A stretch of DNA of 64,000 bases from an uncultured Acidobacteriota bacterium (GCA_963709105.1 CAVPVC010000016.1:526700-590699); one strand, 5' to 3'. Numbered from the stretch's first letter, positions 49,884-63,432 are shown. Numbers and translations: made by a program. Notes: generated from the letters alone by a model not told the origin.

Positions 49884-49948
49884 GTCGGATCACTCTACCT
49901 TGCTAATTCAGAACTGCGATTTGAGCTCGATTCAGCACAAAAACTTAA

Positions 49949-49980
49949 GAGAGATTCTTCGCTGCGCTCAGAATGACTGC
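49949..49980 (-). repeat. family A repeat unit
   Basis: GAGAGATTCTTCGCTGCGCTCAGAATGACTGC, located between the prfB start and the lnt stop. Confidence 0.8.
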
Positions 49981-49989
49981 TTTACTGCT

Positions 49990-51555
49990 TTAAGAGCGCT
50001 TTTCCCCGATGTTCAGTTTCGGCGCGCGGGCGGCAAAAATCAAGATTGCCAGCGAGACGACGACACACAGCCACGCGAACCAGTCACCGAAGCGCGCGTA
50101 CGGGCTTAGACCCGTGCGGAAACCGTAAGGCGCATCGAGTTCGGTGCGCACGTCGGTTGGGAGCTCCGCGATTACCCGGCCGTACGGGTCGATTGAGGCC
50201 GTGAAGCCATTGTTGGTGTCGCGCAAAAGCCAGCGGCGGTTCTCCACCGCGCGCATGCGCGCCATCATCAAGTGTTGCGCGGGGGCCGAAGAGCGCCCGA
50301 ACCATCCGTCGTTTGAAACATTGATCAGCAGTTGCGCGCCGTGCAGCGTATATTGGCGGACTTGCGCCGGAAAGATCGCCTCGTAACAGATAAATACGCC
50401 GAAGCTGCCTCCTGGCAGCTTCCCTACCCCGTACGAGTTGCCGGGAGTGAAATCGCCAATATCGGCGGTGAGGCGGCCCGCGAACCACAACAGGCGCCGG
50501 TACGGAACAAACTCACCGAACGGAACGAGGTGGATCTTATCATACGTGAAAATTCGCCGGCCCGCGGGGTCGAGAAGCGTGGCCGTGTTGGAGGCACCCC
50601 ACTTCCCCGCCGCGTCGCGCTTCCAATCGACGATGCCCACAAGAAAATCGCTCGCGGAATCGCGCGCAATCTTCACGCGCCCGCTGGGAAAAATTCGGAT
50701 CCTGCATGGTGAACGGCGCGGGAACTTCCGGCCACACGATCAGGCTGGGGCGCACGGGGGAATCCTGCGCGGCGCCGACGCTGATGCGCTCCAGCTGGTC
50801 GAGCTCGCCGGCGTGAATCTGCATCCAGTTCGAGGGATACTCCTCGGACTGCGGGAAATTCGTCTGCACCAGATGGGCGACGTGCTGCGGGACCGCTACC
50901 GGGACGAAGTATTTGCCTCCGGCGCCGATCAGGACCAGCGCGCCGGTGGTTGCAATCGCAGCCTTCCAGATCTTCTGTTTGCCGGACAAGATCGCATATG
51001 CGACCAGGGAGCTGTAGCCCGCAATCAGGAAACTCAGGCCGTAGACGCCGGTGACGGCCGCCAATTGCAGGAGCGCAAGGCTTTCGCGTGGCGGCATAGC
51101 CCGTGAGATTCCAGGGGAAGCCGCCGAGAATCAGATACGTCTTCCCCACTTCGATGGCGACCCACAGGAACGGCGCGAGAACGCAGGCGTAGAGCCTGTT
51201 CCGGCCGGGCGGCATTTTTCGCGAGACGTACGCGACGCCCCACGCGAAGACCGCGGGAAAAATCGCGAACGCCACGCTGAGCAAGCCAAGAATGCCCGCG
51301 GAAAGCCACGGATCGACGTTGCCGTACTGGTGCATGACGGTATCGATCCACGGCACCGATAGCGGGTAGAAGACGACGCCGTGCAAGAATCCGCAGAGCA
51401 GCGCTTCCCAGGGCCGCGGCCTCGAAGCAGGCCAGCAGCAACATGCCCACAGCGGGCCACGCGAGAAGCGGGAGGTTGTAGTTCGGGAACGAAAGAGCAA
51501 GGGCGGCGCCACTCGCCATCGCGAGCAGAAGCCGCGCGTACCGGGGCAAAGTCAT
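49990..51555 (-). pseudogene. lnt: apolipoprotein N-acyltransferase, 3 frameshifts as assembled (about 51415, 51090, 50691)
   Basis: Four overlapping ORF pieces (51034-51555, 50673-51512, 50540-51097, 49990-50676). The CN-hydrolase part includes FGVFICYEAIFP and LINVSNDGWFG. The 50691 site is an A5 run. Confidence 0.85.
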
Positions 51556-52200
51556 TCAGCGTTTAATGATAGCTTTGAAACCTGCGTGGTCAAGAGCGGC
51601 CTTGGCGTTGTCGGCGGCGTGCTCGTCATGATAGGGCCCTACCTGCACGCGGTAGAAATGATCGGCGGAAGGGGCCAGAACGAAGGCGGGGAACTTTTTC
51701 CGCTGGAGCGCGTCGGCAATCGACAGCGCATCGCCCTGCCGCGTGACGGCGGCAACCTGCAGGACGATCGAGCCCGTCAGCATTTTTGCCGGACCGGAAC
51801 GCACGGGCTGCAGAGAAACGCGGGACAGCCGGGTCTGGGCAGGTGGAGGCGCGGGCTGAGAATCCTCCGTCTGCGGAGTTGCGGAAACGGCGGCAGGAAC
51901 AGGCTTGGGCGCAGGCTCCAGATGATTGTTGGTCTTGTTGGAGTAGAAATCCCACTCGCCCGGTGGGGCGGCGGCGGGGGTTTCCTCCGGCTTCACGCGT
52001 TCCTTTATAGAGGCCGGGGCCATGGCGTTCTCCGGCGAATACGCGGCATGCACCAGCCCCGAGTATTGCGAATTGCCCATCACGTAGCCGAGGCTGAAAA
52101 ACACCGCGCACAGCAGCACCACGCCGAGAAACAAGCCTACGAGATGCCGGCTTTCGAGCACCCGGTCGCCGCTGCCGCGTCTTGCGTTCCTTCTCGCCAT
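51556..52200 (-). CDS. SPOR domain-containing protein
   Basis: One TM segment, a Pro-rich linker, then the C-terminal IVLQVAAVTRQGDALSIADAL...FYRVQVGPYHDEHAADNAKAAL. Confidence 0.75.
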   Translation of the reverse strand: MARRNARRGSGDRVLESRHLVGLFLGVVLLCAVFFSLGYVMGNSQYSGLVHAAYSPENAMAPASIKERVKPEETPAAAPPGEWDFYSNKTNNHLEPAPKPVPAAVSATPQTEDSQPAPPPAQTRLSRVSLQPVRSGPAKMLTGSIVLQVAAVTRQGDALSIADALQRKKFPAFVLAPSADHFYRVQVGPYHDEHAADNAKAALDHAGFKAIIKR

Positions 52201-52209
52201 TCGTACCTG

Positions 52210-52977
52210 TTATTTCATTCCCAGTGTTTTAGCCCACTGCGCGATCAAGTCGATCGGCAGGGGGAAGATGATCGTTGTGTTTTTCTCGACCCCGATTTCC
52301 GTCAGGGTCTGCAGATAGCGCAGCTGAATGGCCGCGGGCTGCTTTTCGAGAACTTCGGCGGCGTCCGCCAGCTTGGTGGAGGCTTCAAACTCGCCCTCGG
52401 CGTGAATGATTTTGGCCCGGCGCTCGCGCTCGGCCTCCGCCTGCCGGGCGATGGCGCGCTGCATGTTCTCCGGGATATCGACCTGCTTGACCTCAACCTT
52501 CGTTACCTTGATACCCCAAGGCTCGGTATCCTGGTCAAGGATTTGTTGCAGTTTGGCGTTTACCTTTTCGCGCTCGGAAAGAATTTCGTCGAGCTCGAAC
52601 TGGCCGACGAGGCTGCGCAGCGTGGTCTGCGCCAGCTGCGAAGTAGCATACAAATAATTCTGCACCTGCGAAAGCGCTAGATTCGCGTCGATGACGCGAA
52701 AATAACAAACGGCGTTCACTTTTACCGAGACGTTGTCGCGGGTGATCACGTCCTGCGGGGGCACGTCGAGCGTTTCGATCCGCAGGGAGATGCGCGTGAG
52801 CTTGTCGATCGGGAAGAAAACCAGGCGCAGGCCCGCGCCCTTGGCCTCCGGCAGCATGCGGCCGAGGCGCAGCACCACGCCGCGCTCCCATTCCTTGATC
52901 ACGTAGACGGAATTGAAGAACCAGATCGCGAAAATGACCAGCACCACCGCGAGCCCAAGCGTTGAAATGTCCAGCAT
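52210..52977 (-). CDS. SPFH/band 7 (stomatin-like) protein
   Basis: [15 protein letters not shown]...[20 protein letters not shown]...[11 protein letters not shown]. Confidence 0.9.
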   Translation of the reverse strand: MLDISTLGLAVVLVIFAIWFFNSVYVIKEWERGVVLRLGRMLPEAKGAGLRLVFFPIDKLTRISLRIETLDVPPQDVITRDNVSVKVNAVCYFRVIDANLALSQVQNYLYATSQLAQTTLRSLVGQFELDEILSEREKVNAKLQQILDQDTEPWGIKVTKVEVKQVDIPENMQRAIARQAEAERERRAKIIHAEGEFEASTKLADAAEVLEKQPAAIQLRYLQTLTEIGVEKNTTIIFPLPIDLIAQWAKTLGMK

Positions 52978-53076
52978 CGCTCCCTCCTCCCATTCGACCT
53001 GCTAATCGCTGCTCGCCGATTCGGCGAACCGCACAACGCCACGCAACAAAATCACGGGCGCCCACAAAGAAAATGC

Positions 53077-53103
53077 AGATCCCTCGGCTGCGCTCGGGAT
53101 GAC
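53077..53103 (-). repeat. family A repeat unit
   Basis: AGATCCCTCGGCTGCGCTCGGGATGAC. Confidence 0.7.
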
Positions 53104-53122
53104 AGAACCTATGACGTCAAAG

Positions 53123-54503
53123 CTATGACGCGATGGATTGCGGCGACGCTACCGGCTCGACTTCGAGCGTCAGCCCTACCACTTTTCGGACGCGTATCCG
53201 CGAGCCCTTTGGGAATTGCCTGGCCATCCACGCGCGGCGGCGCGCCACAGTTCGCCGTGCACGAATACCATTCCCGGCGCGGTAGCCGAGGCAATCGGTT
53301 CGGTGACCTGGCCTTCTTCGCCGATCAATTCTTCTTTGCCGGTTGCCGGCTTCCAGACGTGCGAGCGCAAGACCAGCCGCATCAGAAACACGATGATGAT
53401 CGCGAAAGGAATGGCCACCGCAAGCGCGGTGAACAGGCTCACTCCCTTGCCCGTCAGGGGCGAGCGGATCAGCATCAGCGCGCCCAGCGTCATGGACACG
53501 AGGCCGCCCAGGCCCAGGACGCCGTGCGTGGGGAATTTGGCTTCGAGCACGAACAGCGCCAGCGCAAAAGCGATCAGCGCGATCCCGGCGAAATTCACGG
53601 GCAGCAGGTGCATCGCAAAGAGCGCCAGCAGCAGCGCGATTCCGCCCATACACGCCGGGGGCGAACAGCCCGGGATGCGTGAACTCGACGTAGAGGCCGA
53701 GCACGCCGAGGATCAGCAGGATGAAGAAAACGTCCGGCTGCACGATGCGCGAGAGGAACTTTTCGCGGCCGGTCATTTCGATGGGAGACACGACCGGGTG
53801 CGTCAAGACAAGCTGCGTGGTCGAGCCGTTGAAACGCGTGATGGTGCGGCCGTTGAGCTTGCGCCAGCAAATCTTCGGGCGAATTGGCGATGAGGTCGAT
53901 CAGCTTGCCGTCGAGGGCTTCTTTTTCGGTGAAGGCTTTCGCGTCGGTGACAGCGGTGGAGGCCAGGTCGGCGTTCCGGCCGCGCTTGGTGACGTAGCTG
54001 CGGAGATACGCGTTCGCCTCGTTCAGGATTTTCTTGGCGAGCGTCTGGTCCACCTGGACGGGCTGGCCGCCGATGGCGGTGATGGGCGATGCTGCGCCGG
54101 TGTCCGTGCCAGGGGACATCGCGGCAATGTCCGCGGAAAGAAGGATGAAGAATCCTGCCGAGGCCGCGCGCGAGCCGGTGGGATTGACGTAGGTGACGAC
54201 GGGAACCTGCGAGCCGAGGATCGCTTGGATGATCTCGCGCATCGAGGTGTCCAGGCCGCCCGGAGTGCTGAGCGTGATCAGGATCAGGCTGGCGTGCTGG
54301 CGATTTGCCTGGTCGATTCCGTTGACGATGTATTCGGCGAGGATGGGCTCGATTTCATCGTCGATGCGCAGTTCCACGACATTTTGCGAGGCGGTGGAAT
54401 CGCTGGGAGGGGCGGCGTGAGAAACACTGAGCGGCACGCCTGTGGCAGCGGCAAGCAGTATGCAGAATGCCGCTAGGACAAAGCGCAGTAGGCGGGGAGC
54501 CAT
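53123..54503 (-). pseudogene. NfeD-family membrane-bound ClpP-class serine protease, 3 frameshifts as assembled (about 53875, 53645, 53225)
   Basis: The N-terminal ClpP-like part is LITLSTPGGLDTSMREI...NPTGSRAASAGFFILL (ORF 53595-54503). The TM region is in ORFs 53123-53806 and 53176-53649. The C-terminal NfeD OB part is FVHGELWRA...KGSRIRVRKVVGLTLEVEP. It is upstream of the SPFH gene, as is typical. Confidence 0.8.
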
Positions 54504-54598
54504 CTCGGAAGCCTAAGTATAGCAAGAATTAACAGGGCACGCCGAAACGCCAGCCACGCGGACGCACATTCTGGGGGCAGACTCGTGCGGGGGCCTAA

Positions 54599-54634
54599 GA
54601 GAGATCCCTCGTCGCTTCGCTCTGTCGGGATGAC
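54599..54634 (-). repeat. family A repeat unit
   Basis: GAGAGATCCCTCGTCGCTTCGCTCTGTCGGGATGAC. Confidence 0.75.
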
Positions 54635-54700
54635 AACGAACACCAACGGCAACGGCAAAGCAAAACCGCGACAAAGGCTTTTTATCGGAAGGCAGCTGCT

Positions 54701-55573
54701 TCAGTTGGGGGCGGTTTTCTGCGGCTGGTCCTCGTAGGAGGGCGGGACTTTCAGCACTTCCTGCACGCGCGGGTCTTTGATCACCGAGGCAAATGCGGGG
54801 TCTTTTTCCGCGGAGCGGAATTCCTTGTAGCCGTAATCGCGGGAGAGCTTCAGATAGTGCGCCGCGTGTTCGGCATCGCCGGCCTTGGCGTAAAATTTCG
54901 CCAGCAAAAAGTTGAATAACGCGGGGTCTGGGGCGGTGCGCGATTGGAGGACGGAGCCGACGCCGCCTTTGCGCGCGAACACATCCGGGTCGAGCGCGAG
55001 CGCTTTTCCGAAGGCCGCCATGGCTTCCGGATATTGCTTGTTGCCGTAATACGCGTAGCCCAGATTGCTGTAAACGACGGGCTGCTTCTGGTCGCTGGCC
55101 AGCGCTCGATTGTAGTGCTTGATGGCCTTGCCGTAGCGGCCCCGCTGGTAGTCGAGGGTTCCCCAGTTGTTCGAAGCGCTGGACAATTTCTTGTCGGCGG
55201 CAAGGGCCTGCCTGTAGGAATGCTCCGCTTTGTCGAGCTGACCGAGTTGCTGGTAGGCGATGCCCAGCTTATTGAGCGCCGCGGCGTCTTTCGCGTTGAT
55301 TTGCAGCGCAATCTGATACTGGGCGACGGCCTCCGTGTAATCCTTGCGGGCCATCTGGATATCTCCGCGTGTGAGGGCGAGTTCGCGGGGCGTTGCGGCG
55401 CGGGTTGTCTGGTTCGCCGAATCGGAAGGGCTCTGTGCGGGGTCGGGGGATTGCTGCGCGAGTGCGCCGGCGGCGAAGGAAAAATCCAATAGGAGCGCGA
55501 AGAGCAGGAAGCGCGTCAGCGCCAGACGCGCGAGCGCCAGGAATCTAAGGGTCGAGCGAATCACGGCAGGCAC
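54701..55573 (-). CDS. TPR repeat protein with signal peptide
   Basis: Repeated TPR-like helices (YTEAVAQYQIALQINAKDAAALNKLGIAY..., YGKAIKHYNRALASD..., YPEAMAAFGKALALDP). Confidence 0.8.
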   Translation of the reverse strand: MPAVIRSTLRFLALARLALTRFLLFALLLDFSFAAGALAQQSPDPAQSPSDSANQTTRAATPRELALTRGDIQMARKDYTEAVAQYQIALQINAKDAAALNKLGIAYQQLGQLDKAEHSYRQALAADKKLSSASNNWGTLDYQRGRYGKAIKHYNRALASDQKQPVVYSNLGYAYYGNKQYPEAMAAFGKALALDPDVFARKGGVGSVLQSRTAPDPALFNFLLAKFYAKAGDAEHAAHYLKLSRDYGYKEFRSAEKDPAFASVIKDPRVQEVLKVPPSYEDQPQKTAPN

Positions 55574-55639
55574 CCTTTGAATATCCGGTCGAATGTCATG
55601 TGCCGGAACACCGAAGCGGCAGGGGACGGAGCGCCGCGC

Positions 55640-58195
55640 TTACTGTTGCGGCGGCTTCGATCCGTCCGCGGGCTTCTTGTTCCCGCCGCCAAAGATACCA
55701 AATACTTTGCCCAGGAAACCCTTTTTCTTCTCGGGCTGTTCTCCATCGTCCTGCGCGCCCGAGGCCTGCCCCTGTTTCTCGGCCGTGGAGGCATTCGACG
55801 AACCGCCGGGAGCAGGAGGCGGAGGAATTGTCGCCTTTGCCGAAAAGGCGAGAAAGCCAAGAGCCGGGAGTCGACTCGGCCGCCTGACCGCCGTGCAACT
55901 GGCAGTATTGCGTGGGCTGGCTGCCTTCGACGAAGTATTCATTTTGCGTCTGCGGGCAGCTGGCGGTGGCAAGCTGGCCGCTCTGCGGGTCCACGGTGGC
56001 TTCCATCACGCCGTCGGGAGGGGTGAAGGGCTGCGTGTTGCGGTACATGGGCTGGGTGACCGCGCGCTTCATGAACTCGCCCCAGATGGGCGCGGCGGTG
56101 GCGCCTCCGGCGAGGCCGAGGTTGCGGTTGTCGTCGAAGCCGACCCACACCACGCAGAGGAGATTCGAGGTGTACCCGGCGAACCAGCCGTCACGCGACG
56201 TGCCGGTCTTGCCCGCGGCCGGGGCGTTGAATCCCAGCGCGCGGACGGGATAGCCGGTGCCGTGGTTGATCACATCCTCCATGAGGCTCGTGGTGAGGAA
56301 CACCACGCGCGGATCGAGCACCGGGCGCGACTGCGGCGCGTTCGATTCGACGAGCTTGCCGTCGGCGGTGACGACGGTGCGGATGAAGATGGGCTCGGAG
56401 CGGACGCCGTTGGCGGCAAAGGCGGTGTAGCCCGCGGCGACATCGACCGGAGTCATTTCATACGCCCCCAGCGCAACTGCGGGGGTGGCCTTGATGTTCG
56501 AGCCCAGGCCCATCTGCCGGGCCACATCCACCACGCGCTGATAGCCGATCAACTCCGCGACCTTCACGGTGGCGACGTTCAGGGAATGGATCAGGGCGTC
56601 GCGCACGGTGACGGTGCCGTAGAATTCCTGGCCGTAGTTGTCCGGCGTGTATTCCTTGCCGTCAAAATCGAACGTGGTGGGGATGTCGTCAACGGTGGTG
56701 GCCGGCGTGACGACCGGCTGCATGCCTTCGACCGCGTTGTCGAACGCGGCGGCATAGACGAACGGCTTGAACACGGAGCCGGGCTGGCGATGCGCGAGGG
56801 CGTGATTGAGCTGGCTCTCGCCGTAGTCGCGGCCGCCGATCAGGGCGCGAATCTCGCCGGTGTGCGGATCGAGCACCACGACAGCGACCTGCACCTGGGC
56901 GGCGGGCTGGCCCTGCTTCTTCCACGCCGCGTACCGGCGCGCGAGAAGCTTGTCGACGCCCTGGATGCCGATCTGCACCGCTTCGGTGGCGGCGCGCTGC
57001 AGGTTGGGGTCGAGCGTAGTGTAAATGCGGTAGCTCTGGTTCGCCAGATCGCTCTCCGAGAATTTTTCGAGGAGATGGTCTTTCACCATGTCCACAAAAT
57101 AGGGGGAGGAGCTGCTGCTTACGCCGCCGGAGACGAATTTCAGCGTGCGTGTTCTTGGCGCGTCGACTCTTCGTCGGCGGTGATGTACTGGTCCTCGGCC
57201 ATCTGCGTGAGCACGCGGTCGCGCGCCTCTTCGGCGCGGTCGGGATGGCGCTCGGCGGCGGAATAGCGGTTGGGCGCGCGAATCATTCCCGCGAGAAAGG
57301 CGGCTTCGCCGGGGGTGACCTCGCGAACGTCCTTGCCGAAGTAGGCCTGCGCGCCTTCGCCGAAGCCGCGGATCGCGAAAGCTGCCGCGATTGCCGAGAT
57401 AAATGTCGTTGGCGTACAGCTCGAAAATCTGGCGCTTGGAGAAGCGCTGGTCGAGCTCGGCGGCCATCAGGATTTCCTTCATTTTGCGGCGCCATTCGCG
57501 CTTGGTGGTGAAGAAGAAGGTGCGCGCCACCTGCATGTCGATGGTGCTGGCGCCCTGGGCCTTGCGGTTGCGGGTGAGGTCGTAAAAAGCGGCGCCGAAG
57601 ACGCGGACCACGTCGAGCGCTCCGTGTTCGAAGAAGCGCTTGTCCTCGGCGGCGAGAACGGCGTCGACCATTACCGGCGGAAGGTCGTCGAAGCGGACCA
57701 CGCGGCGCTTCTCGCGGGAGCTGTCGAAGAGGTTGGTGATCAGCTCCGGCTCGATCTCGGCGAAATCGCGCTGCTGGCCGTCGGAAAGCTGGGCGATGCG
57801 GGAGATGCCGACGCTCGAAAAAGTGACGCGAGGGCGTTGTTGCCCTGGAAGTAGGATTCGGACGGAGGGCTGAATTTCGATGGTCGAACCCGTTACGTGG
57901 AATTCGCCGGCGGAGCCATCGACCGCGCTTTCCTGATACCCGGCGCGAAGCAGGTAGGTGGCGAGGTCATTGGCGCGGAGCGATTCGCCCGACGTAAATC
58001 CTGTCCGGGAGCGGAATAGACGCGCGAGGTGTTCTGGTAGATCTGCCCGGTGAGGCGCTCGTTGATCATGCGCCCGAACTGAATGTAGTAATAGGCGAAC
58101 ATCCCGGTAGCGGCGAGCAGGAGGGCCAGGACGACGCCCAGCACGCCCAGGCCGAACCGGGAGGACCAGAAGCCACGCGAAAGTCGAACCCGCAA
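55640..58195 (-). pseudogene. mrcA: penicillin-binding protein 1A (bifunctional transglycosylase/transpeptidase), at least 4 frameshifts as assembled (about 57997, 57378, 57150, 55830)
   Basis: GT51 motifs AAEDKRFFEHGALD and STIDMQVAR. Transpeptidase motifs RQPGSVFKPF, SLN and KTGTS. The N-terminal TM is in ORF 57893-58195, and the Gly/Lys-rich tail is in ORF 55640-55972. Confidence 0.88.
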
Positions 58196-58326
58196 TCAGT
58201 TGCTCCGATATACCATGAAAAGCCAGGTCACCAGCTCGAGATGAGGCGCACGTCGCAGCGCGACTGGGGTAAGCGCGGCGCTTCCGGGTGACGCCTCCCG
58301 GAACCTGCATTTAACTGGATACTATT

Positions 58327-58706
58327 CTAAATGGTATGGTTGTCTGCGTGGGGATGAAATTGCAGCGTGAACTGATAGACCGCCAGGTCGATGGGGACTG
58401 AATAATCGAGACCGATGTCCACGCTTCCGTTGTCCATAGCGATTTTGATCGCGTCTTTCTGGGCGGGAATGCCAAGTTCCTTGGCTTTGTTCCAGATGTC
58501 GTTGCGCACATCGTCCGGCGTTTTCTTGGGATAGCCGGTCAACGCGAAGCGCGATTCGCTCTCGATGGAATCCTGAAATTCGTAGTTGGCGAAGTAAACC
58601 GGGACTATTTTGACATGGCGAAGGCCATCGCGCCCAGCACAAGAAGCGTGAGGAAAAGGCTCGCCTTCGAGCCACCGTGTTCTCGCGATTTGGGCATTCT
58701 TGCCAT
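58327..58706 (-). CDS. small membrane-anchored protein, paralog of 44275-44736 (C-terminus HADNHTI); one frameshift in the T4/A4 run at 58608-58611
   Basis: MARMPKSREHGGSKASLFLTLLVLGAMAFAMSK is in one frame. VPVYFANYEFQDSIE...VPIDLAVYQFTLQFHPHADNHTI is in ORF 58327-58719. Confidence 0.6.
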
Positions 58707-58947
58707 GATTGCGCGGCACTGCTGAGACGGCCCGTCTTACACGTATAGTGAATCTTAGGCTATCACGGGACGAAGAGGCACAAAGCTGGCCGGGAGTACA
58801 GGTGTTCGCGAGAGTAAACCCGCGAGGGGCACGGAGATGTTACGTGGAGGGTTCCTCGCTTCGGGAGCATAAGAGGGATCTCGCCGCGCTTAAAACCGCA
58901 AGCGCGCAGGGTTCAGCTGGGCAATACGGCCGCGAAAGACAAAGAAG

Positions 58948-58967
58948 CGCCAATCGGGAGATTCGCG
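58948..58967 (+). repeat. family B hairpin element, copy 3 (one stem mismatch)
   Basis: CGCCAATCGGGAGATTCGCG, preceded by AAGACAAAGAAG and followed by TTCCG. It lies about 20 nt beyond the proS stop, on the opposite strand. Confidence 0.65.
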
Positions 58968-58985
58968 TTCCGCAAAGGCTCTGGG

Positions 58986-60524
<1,539 letters not shown>

Positions 60525-60654
60525 TCACTTTTTGTTGACCGAGTTCGACGAGTTTCAAACTGAACTCGCGTCGACCGCCAGTGGCTCGCTACGGCTGGCT
60601 CGTTTTGCTAAAATGAGCGGCGATATGACCAACCAAACGCGTGAACTGCAAAGA

Positions 60655-61935
60655 ATGAGCCGCCCGCTCGACGAGGTCGATCCGCAAATTGCCGAGGTGA
60701 TCCGCGACGAAGTGCGCCGCCAGGCCACCAGCATCGAGCTGATCCCCTCCGAAAACTTCGTCTCCGAAGCGGTGCTCGAAGCGATGGGCTCGGTGCTCAC
60801 GAACAAGTACGCCGAGGGATATCCCGGCAAGCGCTACTACGGCGGCTGCGAATTCGTGGATATCGCCGAGCAGCTGGCCATCGACCGCGCCAAGGCGCTT
60901 TTCGGCGCGGAGCACGCCAACGTGCAGCCGCACTCCGGCACGCAGGCCAACGTGGCCGTGTACATGGCGTCGCTGCAGCCGGGCGACACGGTGCTGGGCA
61001 TGAACCTCGCGCACGGCGGACACCTCACGCACGGGCATCCGCTGAATTTTTCCGGGAAGATGTACAAGTTCATCGCCTACGGCGTGACGAAGGAAACCGA
61101 GACGATCGATTACGACGAGCTCGACCGCCTCGCGCAGGAGCACAAACCGAAAATGGTAGTCGTGGGCGCGAGCGCCTACTCGCGCATCATCGATTTCGCG
61201 CGCATGGCAAAGATCGCGCAGTCGGTGGGGGCGATGCTCTTCGTCGACATGGCGCACATCGCCGGATTGGTCGCGGCGGGAGTGCATCCGAGCCCCGTGC
61301 CGCACGCGGACTTTGTGACCACCACCACGCACAAGACTCTGCGCGGCCCGCGCGGCGGCCTGATTCTCTGCCGCGAGAAATACGCCAAGGATGTGGACCG
61401 CAACCTGTTCCCCGGCGGGCAGGGCGGCCCGCTGATGCACATCATCGCGGCGAAAGCCGTATGCCTGAAGGAAGCGATGGAGCCGGAATTCCGCGAGTAC
61501 CAGAAACAGATCGTCGCCAATGCGAAAGCCCTTGCTGCCGGACTGACGAAGCGCGGCTTCCGCATCGTTAGCGGCGGCACGGACAATCACCTCTTCCTGC
61601 TTGAAATTCATTCGCGCGGGATTACCGGAAGCGTCGCGCAGCCCGCCTTCGACCGCGCCGGCATCACCATCAACAAGAACGCGATTCCCTTCGATCCCCT
61701 GCCGCCGATGAAAGCGGGCGGCCTGCGCATGGGCACGCCCGCCGTCACCACGCGCGGCATGCGCGAGCCGGAGATGGAGAAGATCGCGGGCTGGATCGGC
61801 GAACTGCTCGATAAGCTGGGTGACGCGGCCACCGAGCAGCGCATTCGCGGCGAAGTGGCGGCGCTGGCGTCGAATTTCCCCCTGTACGCCAAGCGGCTGG
61901 AAGCCGCCGAAGCGATGGCCACGCTGCACCGCTGA
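60655..61935 (+). CDS. glyA: serine hydroxymethyltransferase
   Basis: [10 protein letters not shown]...[14 protein letters not shown]...[14 protein letters not shown]. Alternative starts are at 60613 or 60625; the track ORF starts at 60532. Confidence 0.93.
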   Translation: MSRPLDEVDPQIAEVIRDEVRRQATSIELIPSENFVSEAVLEAMGSVLTNKYAEGYPGKRYYGGCEFVDIAEQLAIDRAKALFGAEHANVQPHSGTQANVAVYMASLQPGDTVLGMNLAHGGHLTHGHPLNFSGKMYKFIAYGVTKETETIDYDELDRLAQEHKPKMVVVGASAYSRIIDFARMAKIAQSVGAMLFVDMAHIAGLVAAGVHPSPVPHADFVTTTTHKTLRGPRGGLILCREKYAKDVDRNLFPGGQGGPLMHIIAAKAVCLKEAMEPEFREYQKQIVANAKALAAGLTKRGFRIVSGGTDNHLFLLEIHSRGITGSVAQPAFDRAGITINKNAIPFDPLPPMKAGGLRMGTPAVTTRGMREPEMEKIAGWIGELLDKLGDAATEQRIRGEVAALASNFPLYAKRLEAAEAMATLHR

Positions 61936-61987
61936 CTCCTGGGAACTGCGATCTCCCGACTCGCAGAGGCAGAAGAAAAAGAGAAGG

Positions 61988-62007
61988 CGCCATTCAGGAG
62001 AATGGCG
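61988..62007 (+). repeat. family B hairpin element, copy 4 (compensatory stem change)
   Basis: CGCCATTC AGGA GAATGGCG, 53 nt after the glyA stop, followed by TTCCC. Confidence 0.7.
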
Positions 62008-62217
62008 TTCCCGGGGACGACCGGACCTGGCGATCAGTCTGAATCATATTGACGCAGCTGTTCTCTTTTGAGGCACAGATACAAGCGTCCTTTTATTTCC
62101 GCACCGCCAAACGCTGCTAACCTCAGTCATTACGTCCTGCGACTTGTAATTCGCACACAGCTATTGGCAAGGGGCTTGCGCTTGCAGTTCGATCAGGCGA
62201 AAGCGCCCGAGGACTCA

Positions 62218-62988
62218 ATGAGCCTGCAATCCATCCTGGAACCACTGCCCCACAATCCCCTCTGGGCCAACGAGCGGGACGAAGCGCGCGAACTCCAGCA
62301 ATCGCTACTGCCCGCCGCTATGCTGGAAGGGCACGGCTGCGAGGTCGCTTACCGTTTCTCGCCATTTTCCGAAGTGGGTGGAGATTTCGCGGATTTCTTC
62401 CATATGCCGGACGGCAGGATCGGAATTTATCTGGGCGACGTGGTCGGCAAAGGACTGCCCGCGGCGATGTATGGCGTGCTGGTGATGGGAATGCTGCGCG
62501 GAATCCACAAGACGGGGCAGGACACCGGCACCGCTCTTACCATTCTAAATCAGCGCCTCATGGTGCGGCCCGTCGCGGGGCGATATTCGGCGACACTCTA
62601 TGCCGTGTTTGAGCCCGAAACGCTCCAGCTGACTTTTTCCAACGCCGGATTGCCCCTTCCGTTGCTGGTAGCGTCCTCCGGATGCCGGAAGCTGGGGGAG
62701 GGAGGCTTGCCGTCGGGGTTGCTGCACGACTCGAGCTACGAAACGCACTCCGTGCAATTGTCGCCGGGCGATTCCGTGCTCTTTGCCACCGACGGACTAC
62801 ACGAATTGCGCGACCACCAGGACACCGACTTCAGCTGGGAGAAATTGAGTGAAATCTGGGCGCAGTGCCGGTGCAAATCCGCGAGGGGTTCGCTGGATTT
62901 GATTTTCGAGGAGGCCGCGCGATTTTCCCGCAATGGCCGCCAGGACGACGACATGACGGCCGTGGTGCTGAAGGTTCCCGAGCACTGA
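62218..62988 (+). CDS. PP2C-family (SpoIIE-like) serine/threonine phosphatase
   Basis: I prefer the ATG at 62218. Contains EVGGDFADFF, YLGDVVGKGLPAAM, LFATDGLHE and DDDMTAVVLKV. Confidence 0.8.
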   Translation: MSLQSILEPLPHNPLWANERDEARELQQSLLPAAMLEGHGCEVAYRFSPFSEVGGDFADFFHMPDGRIGIYLGDVVGKGLPAAMYGVLVMGMLRGIHKTGQDTGTALTILNQRLMVRPVAGRYSATLYAVFEPETLQLTFSNAGLPLPLLVASSGCRKLGEGGLPSGLLHDSSYETHSVQLSPGDSVLFATDGLHELRDHQDTDFSWEKLSEIWAQCRCKSARGSLDLIFEEAARFSRNGRQDDDMTAVVLKVPEH

Positions 62989-63027
62989 GTTCTGGCCGCA
63001 GCCCGGGCTTCCACTTTTTCCCTGCCG

Positions 63028-63432
63028 CTACTCTGCAACGATTTTCAATTCTGTGACGCTGCCATCGCGAATCGAGAATGCTCGTACCCGCGCGGGCGCG
63101 TTCGGCGAAACGATGAAGTACGCCACGTCAGGGTAATAAGCGCGGTCGATATCGCGCGGCGAAGGAACGTTGTCGCCGTTCGGATGCGAGTGGTAGATCC
63201 CCATCAGCGCCAGCCCGGCAGCTCGCATTTCGCGCATTAGCTGAAATAGCTGTTCGGGAGCTATTTCGTAGTTCTTCGCAGCATCCGCCGCAGCATTTGT
63301 CGCCGCAAAGGCACCCGTGATCACGCCTTCGCGGCCCGCCAGCAGCCCGCAGCATTCCAACCGCGAGTCTTGCTCCGCGTGTCTCACTACGGTTTCAAGC
63401 GCTTCCCGCCGAATGCGCACGGCGCCTTGCAC
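63028..63432 (-). CDS. Mov34/MPN/JAB1 (JAMM) metalloprotease-family protein
   Basis: ECCGLLAG provides the Glu. HSHPNGDNVPSPRD is the JAMM motif H-x-H-x7-S-x2-D. Confidence 0.85.
   Translation of the reverse strand: MQGAVRIRREALETVVRHAEQDSRLECCGLLAGREGVITGAFAATNAAADAAKNYEIAPEQLFQLMREMRAAGLALMGIYHSHPNGDNVPSPRDIDRAYYPDVAYFIVSPNAPARVRAFSIRDGSVTELKIVAE

Noticed and set aside
55593-57266. 557-aa plus-strand ORF opposite PBP1A
   Set aside because: It is a shadow ORF. The minus strand carries all the transglycosylase and transpeptidase motifs.
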